From: Octopus bimaculoides
Taxonomy: Eukaryota
Length of the DNA stretch: 38,818 nt
Assembly (NCBI RefSeq): GCF_001194135.2
Contig: NC_068990.1
Span: 91,305,887-91,344,704, forward strand
Direction: 5' to 3'
In this document: positions 33,601 through 38,818 of the stretch, in pieces
Layout of the letters: the number at the start of each line of letters is the position of its first letter
Numbering within the stretch: position 1 is the stretch's first letter
Made by a program: the position numbers and the translations under genes
The notes under the pieces: model-generated
The model's database searches: none
What the model was told of the DNA's origin: nothing
What the model saw: only the letters and a program-made list of their open reading frames with translations

Positions 33601-34339
33601 AAATTCCAAATATACTACAAATTATAATTTATATTATTAGAACAATCGCTTTGTGAAAAAACAGAGCCTTTGGAGTCACTTGTGCTTACATTCCTGGCAA
33701 TAATTTCTGTTCATTCCTTCTTTTCAAGCACCGACTGAGCCATAATTTGGAATTGTTGGTTTAAATATAAATAAACGTTTCTCAGCCAAAATGTGAGGAC
33801 ATTGCAAGTGTACGGTGTCATTTATGTCACCCTACTGAAACCAAATATATAAAGAGAGTTTAAAGATTAAAAGAAACACAATAAAATATCTAGAATTTTC
33901 TCATGTTTTCTTCGTGTTTTTTGTTATTTTTGTTATTTATTATATTTCTTCTTCCCAATGACCTAGCAGTTAAGGTGTTGCACTCAGGGTCTTAAGATCA
34001 TGGTTTCAATTCCCAGACAGAGCATTGTGCTGTGTTTCCAGTCCACTCAGCTGTAAATGAGTTCCAGCAATTGTAGGGAAGTTAACCCTGAGAGGGACTA
34101 ACATTCTATTCAGAGGGAGTTTTGTAATCCCAGTCACTTATATGCCATGGAAACTAGGTTAAACTTTAGTATTATGAGTCCCAAGGTTCATAACAGACCC
34201 AAGTCTTCACCTTTAAAACATGTTCCCATCTGACTCCAGTATTCATCTCCAAGCTGAAGCATCACCTACCTCTGACACTGCACTGCACGTGTCTAGATTT
34301 TGTTATTTGTGTTGTTTTCTAATGCTGGAGGCACCGTTC

Positions 34340-35192
34340 TTGCAGGGATCTGTTCTTGTTTCTGGCATATATTAACAAAATAGATGCTATAAATAGAAGC
34401 ATATTACTGTGTTCAAATGTGAACAATTTGGTGTTGTATCTTGTGACCAAAAGAACAGATCCTTTACACGCTGGATCTTTTCTGCAATCTGACCTGGAAA
34501 CAAATGCAGCAATGGCCTATCAACTGGCAGCTAAGGCTGGTAATAGACAAGTGTACCACTATACATTTGGGGCTAAAAAAAAACTTGGAATTTTTTAACT
34601 ACTTTCTCTATAAAACCAACCATAAGTCTTCTGGTAAATNNNNNNNNNNCTATAAAACCAACCATAAGTCTTCTGGTAAATGTGACCCAGGCATTATTAT
34701 TGAGAATATCCTGCACTGGATGAACCTCATTTCTAAAATCGTCAAAAGGACCCAAGGTGTCATAGCATCATTTGTCAGTCATTTACCTGTTATCTATTTA
34801 AAACTATATATGGCTATGGTACATCACATAGCTTACACTTCTTGTCTGGAACTCCAATCTTGTCCAGAATATTGATCCACTGGAAGCTGTCAAAGACATG
34901 CAAACAGACAAATACCCTCCATCAGTCACTTACTATATTTTGAATGTCTTAATACTCCGGGCATCGACACACTAAACATTCAACGTTGAGCAGCTGGCTT
35001 GAAAGAAGCCCACAAGATTATCCAACAAGATTAGCCTAAGCAGCTGGCTTGGAAGAACCCCACAAGATTATCCAATATATTTCCAATGATAACTTTTTAA
35101 ATTCAATATCTCTACCACACAGAGAAAGAATTATGAAATCAAGCACCCATAAATTTCAGAAATCTTTTTTCACACTCAGATTTGTCAAAGCA
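34340..35192 (+). mobile_element. Decayed CR1/L2-group LINE reverse transcriptase C-terminal region
   Basis: Frameshifted motifs LQGSVL, FLAYIN, LQSDLE, WQLRLVIDKCTTIHLG, CDPGIII, YLKLY, IDPLEAV, HKII, KSFFTLR in the order typical of this RT group. Confidence 0.8.
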
Positions 35193-35420
35193 TTAACTCT
35201 TTTGTTACCAACCTGGCTGGAACCGGTTCTGGCTCTGTAATATAATTGTCTTGTTTTCATAAGTTTTGAATTAAAATCTTCCACCAAACCTTAGTCACAA
35301 TTTATGTTCCTAACACTAGCTGAATGATAACTAAGTTATTTTACTAAATTCTTTGTTATATTCAAAGTAATTGAAAGAAATATGGAGCATCTCAACAGAA
35401 ATACAGTACCAAAAGGTACA
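35193..35420 (-). mobile_element. piggyBac-type MITE, family 2, abutting the CR1-like relic
   Basis: Reverse complement of the 17476 copy, starting at TTAA 35193. Confidence 0.75.
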
Positions 35421-35422
35421 TT

Positions 35423-35452
35423 TTTTACATTTGACAGATATTTGTCCTCATC
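35423..35452 (-). mobile_element. Tail fragment of the hammerhead element family
   Basis: tttacatttgacagatatttgtcctcatct matches 11846-11873. Confidence 0.55.
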
Positions 35453-36315
35453 TGTAAGTACCAGTTACATAACTGGGGTTGATGTAATCGACTGACCCTC
35501 CTCCCACACCTCTGTCGAAATTGCTGGTTTTGTGCCAAAATTTGAAATCATTGTTGTTTTGTTAATTATTATTATTAATTAACTAAAGGCAGCAAATTAA
35601 CAGAATAGTTGACATATCAGAGAAAATGCTTAGAAGCATTTATTCCAGCATTTTACAAATCCAGCTGAGGTCTTTTGATCCTTTTGGGCTTGATGAAATA
35701 AATACCAGTCAAATACTAGGGTCCAAGTAATTGTCCTGCTCTCTCCCCTCAAATTTCATGGCCTTGCACCAAAATTAGAAAATAATTTTTTTTCTTTCTT
35801 ATGATGAAAACTTTTAGCTTATTTTGCTGAGTAAGATGGAAAGTGTCAGCTGCGCAAAAGCAAGCAGACTAAGGCGACACTTGTTTACTGGTCATGCTTC
35901 AAGGACCCTGCAGGGAACTATCATCATTAGTAGTAGTAGTATTATCAATTGTAGTATTGAAAGCTATACATGTGCCTTAAATCTCTTTTGTTTGTTTGTG
36001 CCTGGCTACTTATCCTTAGAGTTATATCTATTTACAGCCTGTATCTGCTTTCCTCTTTTCAATAGCCATCAACAATTGAGACCACTTGGTGCCATCTAAC
36101 ATCAGACTTCATTTGACCAATGAAAACATAGAATCATGTTCTTACACATACGCACACACACACACACACACACTATACATCGTTGTATGTGTATACAAAT
36201 GTATAAAAACATATTTGTGTCGTGTGTGTGTGTGTGTGTTTATACACAAACATATTTACATCTGTTCTTACACTGCTGATACGTAAGATGTTTCACATTC
36301 AATATAACTATATAT

Positions 36316-36810
36316 NNNNNNNNNNNNNNNNNNNNNNNNNNNNNNNNNNNNNNNNNNNNNNNNNNNNNNNNNNNNNNNNNNNNNNNNNNNNNNNNNNNNN
36401 NNNNNNNNNNNNNNNNNNNNNNNNNNNNNNNNNNNNNNNNNNNNNNNNNNNNNNNNNNNNNNNNNNNNNNNNNNNNNNNNNNNNNNNNNNNNNNNNNNNN
36501 NNNNNNNNNNNNNNNNNNNNNNNNNNNNNNNNNNNNNNNNNNNNNNNNNNNNNNNNNNNNNNNNNNNNNNNNNNNNNNNNNNNNNNNNNNNNNNNNNNNN
36601 NNNNNNNNNNNNNNNNNNNNNNNNNNNNNNNNNNNNNNNNNNNNNNNNNNNNNNNNNNNNNNNNNNNNNNNNNNNNNNNNNNNNNNNNNNNNNNNNNNNN
36701 NNNNNNNNNNNNNNNNNNNNNNNNNNNNNNNNNNNNNNNNNNNNNNNNNNNNNNNNNNNNNNNNNNNNNNNNNNNNNNNNNNNNNNNNNNNNNNNNNNNN
36801 NNNNNNNNNN
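36316..36810. other. Assembly gap (largest of six N runs)
   Basis: N run; others begin near 5184, 8876, 16290, 33553 and 34640, mostly at microsatellites. Confidence 0.99.
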
Positions 36811-36907
36811 TTAGAATTAGTAGTTCTTTGACTGCTATTTCTAAATTTTCAGTATGTTGGTGAAGCAACTCATGCTGATCCCTATATGTTTATAATTATA
36901 TATATTA

Positions 36908-36942
<35 letters not shown>

Positions 36943-38818
36943 CATGAATATATACACACATACATATACATACATACACTTGTCCACATACATATATGTA
37001 TAAGTGTATGTGTATAGATACATGTGTGTGTGTGTGAGTGTATATATATATATATATATATATTATAAAGCAAGAGCAGGAAAAATTGCATCAAAAAAAT
37101 TTATCACAGAAGTTATACGTCCAAAATAATATTGTTTTAATAGATTGATATATAAATCGTCATCATCGTCGTTTAACGTCCGCTTTCCATGCTGGCATGG
37201 GTTGGACGGTTTGACTGTGATCTGGAGAGCCAGTGGCTGCACCAGGCTCCAATCTGATCTGGCAATATTTCTATAAAACACCTCTGAAATAAGTACCAGT
37301 TAAGCGTTTGGTGGGTGGGAGTGGGGTGTCGATGTAATCTACTAGCCCCCTCCCTTAAAATTGCAGGCCTTGTGGCTTTAGTAGAAAGCATTTATTTATT
37401 TATTTATGTGTTTATTTCTATGCATTGGACCATTTCAAATGCACAAAATACAGGACCTACACAACCCATGGCACTGGAATGTTAATGTACTTTCTGAAAG
37501 GTGACATTCCATTCTGTCAATTACACCCAAGAGTCACAGAGCCACATGTGATGACCCACATGCAGAGATCTATTCATTGCAAGTTTTTTTATGTGTCTTT
37601 TCACTTTGCCATTAGCAGCAAAACTATTCTGTAACTATTTCTCTAGCATTAATGAAATAGTAAAGAGAAATCACAATGGTATGTGATAACAGGTATGCAA
37701 TACCTGTAATACCTGATGATAACTAGCTAAATGAGACTTCGTGGATATAAAATTATAAGATTCGGTGGCATTTGAGTTAGCTGCTTAACTTCTATTCCAC
37801 TAATTTAACCAACTGCATGCATATATATGTATATATATATATATATACATCATCATCATCATCATTTAACGTCCACTTTCCATGCTAGCATGGGTTGCAG
37901 GATTTGACTGGGGACTAGCGAACCAGATGGCTACACCAGACTCCAATTTGATCTGGCAGAGTTTCTACAGCTGGATGCCCTTCTTAACACCAACCACTCT
38001 GAGAGTGTAGTGGGTGCTTTTTACATGCCACCGGCATGAGGACCAGTCCGGTGGTACTGGCAACATACATACATATATATATATATATATTATATATAAT
38101 GAGAATTTATAAAACAAAACAAAAGACAAAGACAGTTGTGTAAACAACAAACAGATGTATTAGTTTAACGCTCAGGAATTGAGACAGTCTTTTAAGGTAC
38201 AAGCCTACGCTCTTTGACAGAAAGGAACACAAAAATAAACAGGGAGAGAAAATAAAAAAAGGTTTAGTGGCTACCGATTTGCCAGTGGCACATAGAAGCA
38301 TCCATTACACTCTCGGAGTGGCTGGCATCATATGGTTGCACATTTACGGCTAAGTGGACCAGAGAAATGTGGAAATGATGTATTTTGTTGAAGAACACAA
38401 CAGACTGCTGTTGTGGGATTCAAAACCACAATTTTACAGTTGTCAGTAGGAGGTCACATAGCTTCACATACATTTGTGTATGTGTGGTTGTCTGTGTTTG
38501 TGTGTATTTCAGATTGGTCACATTATTGACCAGCATGCATGCAAACGGGGTGTGCAAGGGGAACCCAACCTTTAAGTATCCTCATACCAAAGTCATCACC
38601 ATGAAGTATATTAAGGTTCACAGAAGGAAAGATACATTACCAAATAATTTGGACACAGTAAAGGAATTCTACACTCCACTATCTACCTACCTGTCTGTCA
38701 GCATGGTTTGACCTTCTTAACTCCAAATTAGCCAGAATGCAGAATCCATGCACCGTAAAAAAAAAAAAAAGAACTTAGAAAATGTAATTGGTATTTAAGG
38801 TTCATATAATGTCCAAGA

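Noticed and set aside
34610-34680. 31-bp direct repeat flanking a 10-N gap
   Set aside because: Typical contig-end overlap artefact.
36036-36095. Minus-strand frame DGTKWSQLLMAIEKRKADTG with AG/GTAAAT boundaries
   Set aside because: No phase-linked neighbour found; chance occurrence is plausible.
1-38818. CRISPR arrays, rRNA, operons or intact transposase/RT genes
   Set aside because: None seen; the sequence is eukaryotic and all mobile-element coding remnants are interrupted.

Overview
AT-rich animal genomic DNA, dense in microsatellites and repeats, with six N gaps. The repeat landscape suggests a coleoid cephalopod, probably Octopus (inference). Most ORFs in the supplied track are translated microsatellites or SINEs. 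Manual splice-site and phase chaining supports three genes. Gene A (minus strand): at least 9 well-chained exons from 21450 to a stop at 16588, plus probable upstream exons at 22.1, 22.7, 26.1, 27.6, 30.0-30.3 and 32.3 kb; I do not recognise the protein. Gene P (plus strand): last three exons (21882-23084) encode a transmembrane helix and a tail with PPAY, PPKY and LPSY motifs; probable gene A exons sit inside its introns. Gene B (minus strand, less certain): best exons at 9085-9193 and 8162-8242. The most striking non-genic signal is a short repeat family combining a tRNA-like Pol III head, an (AAT)n tract and a complete minimal type-I hammerhead ribozyme motif. It occurs as foldback or 5'-inverted insertions resembling Penelope-like elements (11809-12262, 28754-29311). 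Also present: several tRNA-derived SINE families, piggyBac-type (TTAA) and hAT-type MITEs, CR1-like, RTE-like and RLE-type LINE relics, a tRNA-Thr-like pseudogene, minisatellites, and four long hairpins at 25.4-28.6 kb.
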